Below are positions 44,940 to 57,975 of a stretch of DNA of 64,000 nucleotides, one piece after another. The position numbers and the translations under genes were made by a program. A model generated the notes under the pieces. That model ran no database searches, had not been told where the DNA came from, and saw only the letters and a list, made by a program, of their open reading frames with translations. The DNA is taken from assembly GCA_964016885.1 (NCBI GenBank), contig CAXHJY010001391.1, positions 1-64,000 on the forward strand, read 5' to 3'. Each line of letters begins with the position of its first letter. Positions within the stretch are counted from its first letter, which is position 1. Origin of the DNA: Eledone cirrhosa (Eukaryota).

Positions 44940-45782
44940 CATCACCATTTTACATCCGCTTTTCCCTGCTTGCAAGGGTGGGACAAGTCTTCTTCAGCAC
45001 AACATCTCTTCATTTGTCACGGTCCTTCGTCATTTCCTCAGTGAGCTTCAGCGATCTGAGGTCAGCTTTCACCACCTCCGCCCATGTTTTCCATGATCTT
45101 CCTTCTACCGGGATTTCTTGGCACTTCTTCACCCAGCCGTCATCTTCCTTGCGCATCACATGGCAGTCTTCTCCCCAGCACACTAGTTTATTCTTCTTAT
45201 ACACAGTTTCACTCTTAACTTGTCCATGATTGGTCGTTCACGCACATTGACATTGCACATCCATCAGAGCATGCTTGCTTCATTTCTCTCCAGGCTTCAC
45301 ATATCCTCCGCAGTTGCTGCTCATGTCTCACTACCATGCAGCATCGCGCATCTCACACAGGCACCATACAACCGACTTTTCGTTCATAGGGAGAAACCCT
45401 TCGTTGTCAACAGAAGAAACAGCTCCCTAACTTCTTCTATTTTGTCCTTATTCTAGATACTATGGCCTTGGAGCATCCTCCTCCCTTGCTAATCTGATCA
45501 CCTAGATATTGTAAGCTCTATAAATCCTACCTGCATTTGAAAAATATGCCTATCCCTGACACTTCTACTATCAATTTTTCTTGAACATCTACTACATATG
45601 AAGTTTTCCTTTCCTGTTAGTTTGCCTGCTATCCCACTACACCTCTTGTGTACCCAAGATCGGCATTGTGTACATTCTATAGAATTCATGCGAACTCCTT
45701 TTCTACATATCGAGCATGGCCATTTCCCTGATGGAATCAGAGTCTTGTCCTCTTTTCTACTTATCAACACTTTAGTCTTTGC
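44940..45782 (-). mobile_element. RTE fragment (family A relative with PHD-like finger)
   Basis: KTKVL...[22 protein letters not shown]; its 5' end abuts (TA)n. Confidence 0.85.
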
Positions 45783-46392
45783 TATATATATATATATATA
45801 CATACATATCATTTACGTCTGCTGTTCCACACTTGCATGTGTTGGACGGGTCTTTTTCAGCACAGCATTTCTCCACTTGTCATGTTCCTTCATCTCCTCT
45901 CTTTACCTTTATATAAATTATTCTTACCATCACTACACTCCCCCATTCTATCCAAGATCACCTTTACATAAATCGCAACACACCAGTCATACCTCCCTAA
46001 ATTTGTTCTCATCATCATTGTACTCTTACTCTAGCTGAGGTCACACAATTCCTATCTTACATCACACTGCTAAATCCCACCACAATTATCATACACCCAT
46101 GACATACTTTTGCACCCCTTCTCTACTTCACAATATAACATTTCCATGCAAAAAATAAATATATTCTCATTACTACTAGCTCTTTCAAAGTAGAAGTTAT
46201 CAGTTTTGTTCACAACAATAAAAAAAAAACAACAGGAAGCCTCTTCAAAATATACTTTTCACATCCTTTATATTGATGAGAAGATCTTTAACAAACTTTA
46301 TATTTCCATGCTGGCATATCCTGTGATAAACAGACAGAACACCAGAGTAACAAGACACACTATTTAACCTTAATAAAATGAATTTATACATA

Positions 46393-46426
<34 letters not shown>

Positions 46427-46427
46427 A

Positions 46428-47620
46428 TAAGGCGCCGGTCCCTTCCGGGAAATGGCCATGCTCAGTGTGTAGGAAAGGCGTAGGTAGAAACTCCATTTTA
46501 TGTCCCAAATGCAAAGGATGGGTGCATAAAAGATGTAGTGGGATCACAGGTAAGCTAACTAAGAACATAGATTTTACATGTGGCCGGTGCTCTGGTGCAA
46601 TAAGTAGCAGCAAGTGCCCACAAAATACTAGCTCTTTCAATTGCGCAGAGGATTCTATAGAAATAGTGGACAGCTTCCGTTACCTGGGTGACAAAATCAG
46701 CAGTGGGGGAGGGTGCTCTGAAAGTACAGTAGCTAGAGTCAGAACTGGATGGAAAAAGTTCAGAGAGCTTATACCACTATTAGCCGCTAAAGGGTTCTCC
46801 CTAAAAATGAAAGGCAGGTTGTATGATGCCTGCATACGAACAGCAATGTTGCATGGCAGTGAGACTTGGGCATTGTGTGCAGAGGATATATGCAGACTAG
46901 AGAGGAACGAAGCTTGCATGCTCCGCTGGAAGTGTAATAGTAATATACATGAACGGCAAAGCATAAACGAACTAAGGGAAAAATTAGAAATAAGAGGGAT
47001 CAGATGTTGTTTACTCGAGAGAAGGCTACGTTGGTATGGTCACGTGATGCGCATGAAGGACGATAGCTGTATAAAAAAGTGCAGGGCAATAAAGATAGAT
47101 GGTAGCCACGGAGTAGGCAGACCCAGAAAAACCTGGGACGACCTGATAAATTCCGACCTCACACACTTACACCTCTCCAAGACAATGTCACTGGACTGAG
47201 ATCTTTGGCGGTACTCAGTAATAGAGAAGACCCGCCTTACAAAGTAAAACCTACTACAGTCAGTAAGCATCTCTAACAAAATACACCCCCCGTCCCACCA
47301 CCCCCACCCCATCCACACCGCCCCTTTCAATGTAAAGTTATGTTGGTGCCACAACATCCAGGCCGAAACAAATGAGATTGTGTAGGTGTCACGACAAAAA
47401 AACACAGTCCACGCTGTAATGTGGCCGTGTAGGCAACACAGTAAAAACCTCCCAGCCCCACACTGTAAATGTGGTTGGTGTTAGGAAGGGCATCCAGCTG
47501 TAGAAAACCCGCCAGACAGTCCAATGCGAGCAAGGCAACCACTCTTGCCTCAAGTGGGAAAACTCCCGTCCAAACCCATGCAAGCGTGGAACATTGACGT
47601 TAAACGATGATGATGATGAT
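46428..47620 (+). mobile_element. RTE family A 5'-truncated copy (EMC7 intron 2)
   Basis: Highly similar to 3303-4440; the tail ends about 45 bp from the exon 2 donor. Confidence 0.92.
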
Positions 47621-47664
47621 ATATAATCAGTTTTGCATTTGAAAAGAATAAATAGCATACTCAC

Positions 47665-47958
47665 CTGAAAATAGTTAGCTTTCCCTCGTTCCCGGAATTC
47701 TAAAGGGTAGGCTATTGTCTTTAATGAAGCAGGCTGAAGGTTATTTACTTTACGAGCTCGCATTTTACCCTTTGAACTGATATCAACACGTGCTGGTTCA
47801 AATAAATATGCAGGATGGGTGATTTCTATGACATAAGAACCGGATGGTAGAGATCCAACTGTAAAAGTTCCATCAGTTCTTAAGAAGCCAGTAAATTCAC
47901 CTCCATCCACCAAAATTTTGATATGGGGCATCCAGTTTTTATCAGAATTAGATAGGAC
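47665..47958 (-). CDS. EMC7: EMC7 exon 2, VLSNSDKNWMPHIKILVDGGEFTGFLRTDGTF...PSGSYVIE...FEPARVDISSKGKMRARKVN...YPLEFRERGKANYFQ
   Basis: Acceptor tttcag, donor CAG|GTGAGT, 294 nt, phase 0. Carries the hallmark EMC7 motifs GFLxxDGxF, PSGSY and RVDIxSKGKMRAR. Confidence 0.95.
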
Positions 47959-48244
47959 CTGAAATTATAATACTAATTAAATATTTGTGACTAAATAGCT
48001 CCAACAAGTCGATACATACACATATATACATAAAATGCAATGTCACCTACTAACTGAATATGGAGGATATATGAATGCTTGAGAGATATAATTTTTATAA
48101 GTATTAAATTTAGGACACAATTATGCTTAATGACATTTACTGCTCAAGTCAAGTAGAATAACGTTTCAACTGTTTCAAGAGTTTTTTTTTAAATTAGGTA
48201 TTTTCCTCGACATCTACTGCACACAAATTAGTAAGATAGATGTG

Positions 48245-49565
48245 CCCTGGGAAAAGGCTTTGACAGAGTGCCTCAATCTATTATCTGGTGGCCCTTAAGG
48301 AAATTAGGTGCAGAAGAATGGGTTGTGAGAGCAGTGCAAGCCATGTACAGAGAATCTGTCAATGAAGTGAGAGTAGGAAGTTTAGTGAGGAATTCAAGGC
48401 ACAAGTAGGAGTCCATCAGGATTCGGTTCTTAGCCCACTGCTATTCATCATAGTTCTCCAGGTCATAATATAAGAGTTTAAGACTGGCCGTCCCCAGGAA
48501 GTTCTTTATGCAGATGATCTGGTCCTTATAGCTGAATTAGAGATTAAGTTCCGACAATGGAAACAGAACTTGGGATCAAAAGATCTGAGAGTAAACTTAG
48601 TGAAAACTAAAGTGCTAGTATGTAGGAAAGAAGATAGGGCCCTGATACCTTCAGGGAAGTGGTCCTGCTCAATATGTAGAAAAAGGGTAGACATAGACTC
48701 TATACATTGTACACAATATAAATCCGGAGTACACAAGAGATGTAGTGGGATAATAGGTAGACTAACAGGAAGGGAAGACTTTGTATGTAGATGCACAGGG
48801 GTAATTGAGGGAATGAGCGTCAATGATATAACCCTTTTTCAATCACAGGAAGGATCTATATAGACATGGTTGATTGCTTCTGCTACCTAGCAGCAGAGTA
48901 GGGTGCTCTGAAAGCTTAATAGCTAGAATAAAAATAGGATAGAAATTTAGAGAGTTACTCCCACCCAGTGTTGACAAAATAAGATTTCTTCCTGCATACA
49001 AAAGGACGACTATGATGCTTGTGTACAAAATGCGATGCTGTATGGTAGTGAAACATGAGTAGTGACTGCAGAGGACATGCGTAGACTGGAGAAAAATGAA
49101 GCAACTATGCTTCAATGGATGTGCAATGTAAATGTGAGAAAAAGGCAGAGCTTGGATGAAATGAGGGAGAAACTGAGTTTAAGAGGAATCAGAAGTGGTG
49201 TGCAAGAGAGAAGACTGCATTTGTACCGACATATGATATGCATGGATGATGATTGCTGAGTGACGAAGTGCCAGAAAATCTCAGTGGAGGGAAGCTGTAG
49301 TAGAAGTACACCAAGGAAAACTTGGACAAAGGTGGTAAGAGCTGATCTTAAATCGTTGAAACTCGCAGAGGAGATGACGAAGGAACGTGGCAAGTGGAGA
49401 GATGGTGTGCCTTTGTCATCTCCTCTGCAAGTTTCAGCGATTTAAGATCAGCTCTTACCACCTTTGCTCAAGTCTTCATGGCAAGTGGAGAGATGCTGTG
49501 CTGAAAAGGGCCTGTCCAACCCATGCAAGCATGGAAAACCAAAGATAAAAACAATGATGATGATG
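48245..49565 (+). mobile_element. Degraded RTE copy (EMC7 intron 1)
   Basis: EKAFDRVP, GVHQ.SVLSP, YADD, a PHD-like finger and a (GAT)n tail. Confidence 0.85.
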
Positions 49566-49646
49566 ACACACCAAAACAATACTTTTGACAAAAAGTATGA
49601 AATGTCAATCTTGTGGTCAATTCACCAAAATTTCTCTACTTTAGAG

Positions 49647-51849
49647 CAAAGGTTCTCAACGGGGGGCATATATCCTAAAAATGGAAAAATCCACAGTCAA
49701 CTGGGTCAAGGACACTTTGAGCACAGCCAGTTAGAATCTTATCTTTCCTTCACCGATAATATATTTCATGTCTGAAATTATTGACTCAACCGTAACACTA
49801 TGTAGATCTATTTTATTCCCTATTGTATAAATAATATTACAAATAAAAAACAAAGAAGTGGGTAGCATACACATCTAGGACCACATACAACACATAATCA
49901 GATAATACACACATCTAGGACCACATACAACACATAAGGAGGTAGCACACATATCTAGGACAACATATAACACACAGACAGGTAATACATACATCTAGGA
50001 CCACATACAATACATAAGCAGGTAATACAAACATCTAGGAACACATACAGCGCATAATTAGGTAATACAAACATCTAGGACCACATACAACACATAATCA
50101 GGTAATACATACATCTAGGACCACATACAACACATAAGGAGGTAATACACACATCTAGGAGCACATACAACACACAAGCAGTTAATACATACATCTAGGA
50201 CCACATACAACACACAAGCAGGTAATACATACATCTAGGACCACATACAACACACATTGTATCATGTGCTATGGACAACGCAAGAGCAATGGTCGGCCAA
50301 CGTAAGGGTTTTGTTACTCTTCTGAAGAGAGAAAATCCATCTGTATTTGCTGTTCATTGTGTCATTCATCGACAACACTTGGCTGCGAAGAAACTCAGCA
50401 AGCCGCTGAGCAAGTCCTTGCAGGTGGCCATTGATGTCATCAATTTTATCAAACGGCATTCCCTCAATGAACGAATTTTCCGGCAACTGTGCCAAGATAA
50501 TGACGAAGAATTCGTCAAGTTGCTCCTTTATACTGAAGTGAAGTGGCTTTCAAAGAGCAAGTGCCTTACTCACTTCTTTGAATTCTTCGACTCTTATTGA
50601 GTTTTTGCGAGGACGCAACACAGAACTGTACAAGCGTCATTTTGGCTTTGCAGGGGAAGAAGATCACCTTGCTTAAAGCAAGGAATGCTGTGAAAACATT
50701 CCTGGCCAAATTGAATGTCATCGAAAGGAATCTTTGTTGACGGGAATTCTATAATTTTCATATTGTCGCCAATGTTCAAAACATTGTAAGCGATGACCAA
50801 CTCCAAATTTATACCACTCACCTCCGTGCACTACAAGACAACATAAGAGAATGGTGTGTTGACCTTTTGCCGATGGATATCCCACTGTGGATAGCAGATC
50901 CCTTCATAGCTAACGTCGATGATTTGGACGTTAAATTTCAGGAAGAATTCATTGAACTTCAAGCAGATGACATGATCAAAATTAGATTTCCCAAAATAGG
51001 TGAACCTCTTTTTGGGGTGCAAGAGGAAATTCAGCATCGATTTCCACACTAACATGCAGAGGCTAAGAGATTTGCTCTGCCTTTTCCAAGCTCATACTTA
51101 GTCGAGAGGAGGTTTGGTGCTGTTTCCAGACTGCACATTAAGGCTCACAACCACTACAATGTAATTACACGTGGAGATCTCTGGCTACATCTTACGAAAA
51201 TTCAGCCTGACGTTAAAGAGTTAGCTAGACTCCATGAAGCTCAAGGGTCCCATTGAAATGAGGTCAAAGTAAGTTGATTTACCGAAAACTTGGATATGCT
51301 ATTGTTACAAAACAAACTAACAATTTTTTTATTTGTAGTTGCAGTCTGACTGGACTGAAAACCATCTACTACAATTCACTTACTCATTTGTTGTATATAT
51401 TTTACCATTTACTAATGAATATACCCTCCCGCGTGGTCATGAAAACCCTATTCCGTGGTCTCTAAGCTCACAAAGCAGAGGGGACATCAAGTTAGACATC
51501 AACATTTATTCTGTCCGTTTCATTAAAGGGAAAATTGGAAAGCTTTCTTCCAGATAAGAGCACTCTTGGGATAGACAGAGTTGCTCTTGTATAAATGTTC
51601 AAAATAGCTGGTAATGCCTGGTGGGAATATAACAAATTCAACTGGTCCTTATTCATAAAAAAGAACATTTTTAAAATTTATATATTTCCTTTCAAGGAAT
51701 GTATTTATACTCTCAGCTGCCTGCAATGGTATTTTTGGAATATTGTTAATCAATTTTTTTAGTAATCTACTGATATCAAAATCAGTAGTATATTGAAAAA
51801 TGGAAAAATAGGGTAGGGGCGTTTGGCCTAAATAGGTTGAGAACCTGTG
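49647..51849 (+). mobile_element. Internally deleted hAT (Charlie/Buster-type) DNA transposon
   Basis: TIRs CAAAGGTTCTCAAC / GTTGAGAACCTGTG and 8-bp TSD CTTTAGAG. Transposase remnant at 50260-51256 has DNARAM, HCVIHRQHLAAK, TEVKWLSK, LPFPSSYLVE and QGSH*. Confidence 0.92.
49861..50256. repeat. 40-bp minisatellite, 10 copies
   Basis: Consensus GGTAATACATACATCTAGGACCACATACAACACATAAGCA at an exact 40-nt period. Confidence 0.97.
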
Positions 51850-51857
51850 CTTTAGAG

Positions 51858-52194
51858 CAGGGGTTCTCAACCTTTTTTTCGCTGTGGACCACCAAAATAA
51901 TTAATTTTTCCTGTGGACCACCTAAACTTTTAAATCTTTTGTAATAGAACTGCTACTTATAAGCATCAGTAGATGGTTTTTTTCAATGAATTAGAAAATG
52001 CTATTATCATGTCGCAGTGCCTAAAAATCTACGCATATAAACAGCTGAAGTCGTACTTATGCAAAGAATAAGAACAGCGCTTTAAGTCAAATGCATGGAT
52101 CAAAAAAGAATTTGCTATTGAAAATTTTCTGTGGACCACCTGAATTTTCCCGTGGACCACTAGTGGTCCACATGGACCAGGTTGAGAACCCCTG
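51858..52194. mobile_element. 337-bp hAT MITE
   Basis: Perfect TIRs CAGGGGTTCTCAACC/GGTTGAGAACCCCTG, subterminal GTGGACCA repeats, TSD CTTTAGAG. Confidence 0.93.
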
Positions 52195-52509
52195 CTTTAG
52201 AGCATCAAATCATTACCAGAACAATATCTAACAAAAAATACTTATTGGTTATACTTTGGCAACATCAGATGGTTGCTGTAGAAGATAAAGGAGATGTGAT
52301 CATCTAGCTGTATGCAAGAATATGGTGCATATATGTATTTTTAAGTACGTTTATTTGTGCAAAATGCACTTAAAATGAAGGTGATCATATTTTTTTCTTT
52401 AACATCTATATGTATAACTTGACAATTCCAATTGCATGTGCCAAGTCAACTTTGGAATGCTAACTTGGTGGTTTGTTGTGTATTTTAATTGTTCGTGTAA
52501 AATTTTTCC

Positions 52510-52960
52510 CCTATCTTTTTCAATGAATCAACCTCTAACTCACGCAATGGTTTTTTTTTTTTGTTTTTTGTTTTTTCTAAAAATAGAGGGGGGCTCTCGG
52601 AGTTACAGATATCCTTCTGCCGCTTAAATTTATAGAAAAGCACCCATGAGCATTCGGCAAACCGATGGAGACAGTTAGGCGAAGATGATATTAGACCTTC
52701 CATTTTATCGTTACTTTTCAGCGGATTTGGAGATCAAATTCGTTTAAATCACGCGGAAAAAAAAATAGGGAGAAATTCACACCAAAGAAACCTTGGAAGA
52801 AAAAAAAACCAAAACAACTTTTCATCGAACCCCAGTGGGTGTTTTTCTATAAATTTAAACGGCAGAAGGATGCTTATCTATAACTCCGTAGGTTCCCCTT
52901 TCGTTTTCGGAAAAAGAAATCGTTTGAGAGTGAGATGGAGGTCAGGTTTGTTGAAACCTC
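52510..52960. repeat. Degenerate inverted repeat (possible old MITE)
   Basis: 52607-52647 (GGAGTTACAGATATCCTTCTGCCGCTTAAATTTATAGAAAAGCACCCA) is inverted at ~52836-52889. Confidence 0.6.
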
Positions 52961-53380
52961 ACGAAAAAATATAGAATTTTTTTTTTAATCCCACCAAAAA
53001 AAACTTCAAGGGTCCCCCTCTTACTCTATTCCGGTTTCAGGAAATAAAGTTGATTGCGAATATGTTGGAGGTCAGTTTCGTTGGAAACACGAACAAATCT
53101 AGGAAAATAAAATAATTTTTGAGCACCAGCGGATGCTTTTCTATAAATGTCGTTAATTTGTTTATTATTTACAAGTGTATTCAATTATAATAGTAATCTG
53201 GTAGACTTAAAATATCAGATAGATGTTATTTCGTAATTCCTGCGGACAGTATCACGAATACGTTACCGCCGAGGGATGATAGTGAGGGAGGTGAACTAAA
53301 GTGGATTTTAAGTAGAAAACACCGCAAGTCTCCGTATTATCTATGGTAATACGTAGAGAATAGTGTTGTATATAGTACAA

Positions 53381-53495
53381 AATTGTTTCTACTTTAGGCA
53401 CAAGGCCAGCAATTACCAGTGTATTACTGGTACTTTATTTTATCGACCCCGTCAGCTTGAAAGGCAAAGTTAACCTCGGCGGGATTTGAACTCAG
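53381..53495 (-). mobile_element. Truncated S1 SINE
   Basis: Matches the S1 unit from tail to B-box. Confidence 0.85.
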
Positions 53496-53798
53496 TACAT
53501 AATATAGTTTAGTTATGTCTATATAGTGTGGATAGGGTATTTAAAAAAAAAGAAAATAACGAAACTCATTTGGGGTTGGTTATAAAACATGTAAAATTAA
53601 ATGATTCTATCATCCGTGAATATATATTTTGTGTATGTGTATTCTGAAATTGAGGGAATGAGAGAAGTTTAGTATAGAAGAAATTCATTATATTGTAATA
53701 ACAGAAACATAAGTATTAAGGGAATTCGTAAATCGATCACCCATCTTAGCAGACAACGAGCATAGAAGGCATGAAATACTTATAAACTGTATCCCTAC

Positions 53799-53963
53799 CT
53801 CCACACGCCCATCAATTCTATGACCAACGTTATTCATGGGTTGAGGAGAAGCAACTGCAGCTTCTTCCAGGACTGATTCGGTTGCATTGCACAAACAAAT
53901 AGTGAATAATAATAATGACAAACACAATTCGAGAGAAATATTCATGACGGAGGACGCGGCCAT
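53799..53963 (-). CDS. EMC7: ER membrane protein complex subunit 7 exon 1 (signal-peptide-like N-terminus ...HRIDGRVE)
   Basis: ATG at 53963 in AACATGG context, hydrophobic signal segment, donor GAG|GTAGGG, 165 nt, phase 0. Confidence 0.85.
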
Positions 53964-54040
53964 GTTAGTGACGTCTAGGAACCGGAAACAGTTAAAATTG
54001 AAATCTCAAATGACGCAGCAGCCGATGTTACGTACATTTA
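53964..54040 (-). promoter_or_regulatory. Putative EMC7 5'UTR/core promoter
   Basis: Locally CpG-richer stretch directly upstream of the ATG, with a CRE-like GACGTCA, an ETS-like CCGGAA and a YY1-like AACATGGCCGC. Motif-level evidence only. Confidence 0.35.
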
Positions 54041-54774
54041 CACTCCTTTTTAATTTACTTGTCATATAATAAAGTATATTATATTCAATTTCTTCATGTG
54101 AAATATTATACTTGTAACTAGCTAGATCTCCTAATATATTTGTTAATAATCACATCTAAACTCAATGTAGGTGAAGATGTAATATAGTTTATGAAGGCAG
54201 AGGTATATTTAATAAAACGGACTAAGGGAAATAACTCAAGTGCGCCAATGGTATGGATTTAGATAAGTTTAATGGCAACGTATTGAATGATGTACATAAA
54301 AAAAAAAATCCCATAAAAATCTAGCAGTAATTGTTAGTCATTCTCATACAAAAGAGGGAAATAATTTCCAGAAATATTTCTTTAGCTTGTGGAATTCGCG
54401 ATGATCGCGGGAATCGATTTCTTGTCTTACTTAAGGATCAAGTGATGCTCATAAGGGTGCTTGGCTATTTCAGCGCCTTAGCCTCGCTATCATCTACGGT
54501 GATGCCATGAGCGTCTTGGTTTGCCTCAAACATATTTTAGAAGGCTACACCAGCATTCCCAGTTGCAGTGTGAATTTAATCTGTATTTCTCTTTCCGTTT
54601 ATTTTCGATGTTTTTTTATTTTTATTTATTTATTTATTTATTTTTTTGTAAGTAATAAACATGATATAATTTAATATACAGTTTACTTTGTGGGAAAACA
54701 CTGAACGGAGTAGGATGAAGTTTGTTTGGTTTATTGCAAAATAAAGTGAAGGGAAATAACTCAAGTAAGATAAT

Positions 54775-54962
54775 TGTTTCTACTTTAGGCACAAGGCCAG
54801 CAATTACTCAGTGCATTACGGGTACTTTATTTTATCGACCCCGTAAGGATGAAAGGCAAAGTCAACCTCGGCGGGATTTGAGCTCAGATCGTAAAGGGAC
54901 GTAACTATGCTGGAAAGCATGGCGTCAGACCCTCTACCGATACTGCCAATCCATCCACCCTT
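54775..54962 (-). mobile_element. Complete S1 SINE with 16-bp TSD
   Basis: TSD ACTCAAGTAAGATAAT at 54759-54774 and 54963-54978; A-box and B-box-like motifs on the minus strand. Confidence 0.92.
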
Positions 54963-55119
54963 ACTCAAGTAAGATAATGGCGTGAATTTAAATAAGTTAG
55001 CAGATAACGGTTGAATGGCGTACATTAAAATGTCTCATAAGAAAAAATTAGCTGTAACTTAGTGACTCTCATAGAAAAGTGGGAGGAGGGAGGGATAATT
55101 TTTTTATATGAATCAATTT

Positions 55120-57975
55120 CTTCTCGGCAGGGCTGTTCTTCAAGAGAATGTGTCACAAGTGGCAGATACCGATACAGCCACCAGATATGATGGTTAGTTG
55201 TGATATAAGCAGGTTCCTGTTGGATAAATAAGCAGCAGTAAACTTAGAGGGGAGATGGAGCAATGGGTGACACTGTTAACTCTTAAGAAAACTCTAACAA
55301 TCCAGTGATGTAGCTAGGGGGGAGATGAGTAAAGGCTACCTCTATAAAAGCTTAGTCTTTGCAGGTCTGAAAAATGAACCAAATTGGTGACTGGTGTGGA
55401 TGACACAACCAAAACACTGCAATATGGCTAGAAACAGAAAGGCATTCATACCACATCATCCTTCATGATAACAAGAGATGTGTTCAGGCTTTAGGTAGAA
55501 GGGCCTGTTCAAAAAATATGATTCAGTCTCCATCCAACAATGCAAGAACTAGCGATGGGCCTGTGACATGCCCTGGGAGGTATGGGATGGAAGCACAAAG
55601 GTGGAACAGACAGGAGAGGGGATACTAACAAGTCTCCAGCTGTCAGAATGTGTTATGGACAGAATCCCATTGGGAGGGAGGATTTGCCTCATAGGCTGAA
55701 AGAAAGGTCTGTGTGTGTGCTACAAGTTTATGCAACAAACAGAGGGCCCGAATACAGATCCTTCTTTGATGAAGTCACTGCAGTGCTAGATGAAGTTAAG
55801 ACTGTGTCATTTATCCTAATGGGAGACTTCAATGTACTTGTTGGCACTGATTACCAAACACACAAAGGAGTAATTGAAAGGAACAGTGATCACAATCTAA
55901 ATATGAATTAAAAGGACTTGTTAGACATCTGTTCTAGTAATAGACTCTCTCTTATGAATACCTTTTTCCAACATAAAGACACGTGGTTTATGGGGAATTA
56001 AGTACAGAGATCAATAATTGCTTTGTTATTATCTCTGATCGCTTTGATTCTGTGCTGCATATTTCTGTTAAGAGAGGGGCTGAGCTGTCAACTGATCACT
56101 ATCTAGTTATCAGCAATTGGAGATTACCTAAAGCTAAGAAAGCCCACAAAACTTGTAGATCCATCTCGACCTACAGGAGAAAGTGGGAAGCACTGGCAGA
56201 TAAGGAAGTCAAGAACAAGTTTGCAGATACTATTGCATCCAAATTCAGATAACTCCCTGAGCAAACTGAGGATGTTGAAAAGAAGTGGAGACAATTCAGC
56301 TCGGCAGTTTCTGCTTCAGTTATTAAATACTGCAGTCAAAAGTGGCTTGGTGTAGAGCCTGGTGGCAGGAGGACGCTTTGGTTCAATCAAGTAGTCAAAG
56401 ATGCCATCCTAGCAAAGAAGGAAGCTTACAACACTTGGCTTGGAAATCCTTCCTCTTTCTTGCATTTGTAACACAAGCAGGCACAAAAAGTCACAGCAGA
56501 GACAGTAAAAGCATACAAAATTAAGACATGAGGGGGACTTTGGAGTTAAGCTGGAATCTGACTTCAGATTAGTAAATAAAGGTGTTCCGGCAAACTATCC
56601 ACTGATGTCATAAGTCCTGTATAATGCCTGCTATCGGGAACACATCTGAGGTTCTCCTCTCTCCAGAGAGGTACATCCTCGTGAAGTGGAGAGAATACTT
56701 TGTTGATCTAAACCTAGTCACATCTGATGTACATGAGGTGCATATAACCTCTTGGAAGCTTGGGTCGCAAGAGCAATTAAAGAGCTAAAATGTGGCAAGG
56801 TCACTGGGGAAGATGAAATTCAACCCTAGATGTTAAAAGCCTTAAATAGAAAAGGTATTCTCTGGCTGACTCGTGTGTGCCAGGCACCTAAGCAATGCTA
56901 ATCGAAAGTAATAATCCTAATTTTCAAAAAGGGTGACAAGAGAGATTGCTCCAATTATAGAGGAATCGCATTGTTAAACTTCCCTGGTAGTCAAAACTAA
57001 GTGTCTGGCAAAGAGATGTAGGGACATTGTCAAGCTCAAGTTCACTGATGAACAGTGTAGTTTTCACTCTTGATGCAACACAGCCAACCGAATATTCACA
57101 GTGGCAGGTTTTTGAGAAATCATGAGATTATTGCCACGAGGTGTATGCTTATTTCATAGCCCTCGAAAAGGCATATGACCACATTCCACAGGGCCTGTTG
57201 TGGAAGGTTCTGCATCAGTATGGAACCAATGGACAGCTTCTTATTGCCCTGTGTTTCTATATGAATGCCTTAGTATTTGTGATCAGTTAAGTGGTGCTAT
57301 GTCGAAATCATCTAATGTGGGTGTCAAACTGCACCAAGAGTGCATACTGTCACCTCTCCTGTTCATAATCTTCATGAACTGGATTGACATGCACAGCCAG
57401 GTTGGAAGTGGCATCAAGACTGGCAAGTGTAAAAAAAGTTGGCTGGAATTTGCAGACAACATGGTACTATCATACTTAACTCATCAGGTGATCTCCGACA
57501 TGCACTTGATAGGCTTGCTGCCGAGTGCTGCATGGCAGGAATGAAAATCAGCACTGATTTTCCTTGTTTGGTGTCCTGTGAAATGTATTGAATGTTAACA
57601 GCTTAAAAGCACTTAGTATTTATGAGATGTCATGTCTTGGGCCATTATCTCCTAATGGAGTCATGGGTATACCATTGTTACACATTAAATTTGCAAAATA
57701 TCAGATAGATATTGCTTCATGGTTCTACGGACTAGGTTAGAACAAAGAGAGAGAGAGAGAGAGAATGGAGTCATAATACAAGAATCCTGGTAACAGAATA
57801 AGAAATAGCAACTATTCAATCTTTCAGCTGACATTCTAATAACTCAGCCAGTTGTAATTCTTAAAGTTATTTGAGACACAGGAAAGAATTGCTGGACAGA
57901 TTTTGTGGGCAAAACCAACAAGAGACCCAGAGCAAGATGGTTGGATTACATCCATGAGCTTGGCTGGTCATGCTG
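55120..57975 (+). mobile_element. Degraded RTE family B copy (5'UTR, APE, RT; 3' piece at ~57885-57975)
   Basis: LQVYA, MGDFN, STDHYLV, LSPLLFIIFM; collinear with the reverse complement of 32186-35415. Confidence 0.85.

Noticed and set aside
47389-47664. C-terminal extension of the 180-aa ORF containing EMC7 exon 2
   Set aside because: It reads through a consensus donor into intron and antisense RTE 3'UTR.
49861-50256. CRISPR-like regular array
   Set aside because: The whole 40-bp unit is repeated with no unique spacers, there are no cas genes, and the context is eukaryotic.
50271-51256. Domesticated ZBED/Buster gene
   Set aside because: Multiple frameshifts and stops, a missing N-terminus, and intact TIRs/TSD indicate a dead transposon.
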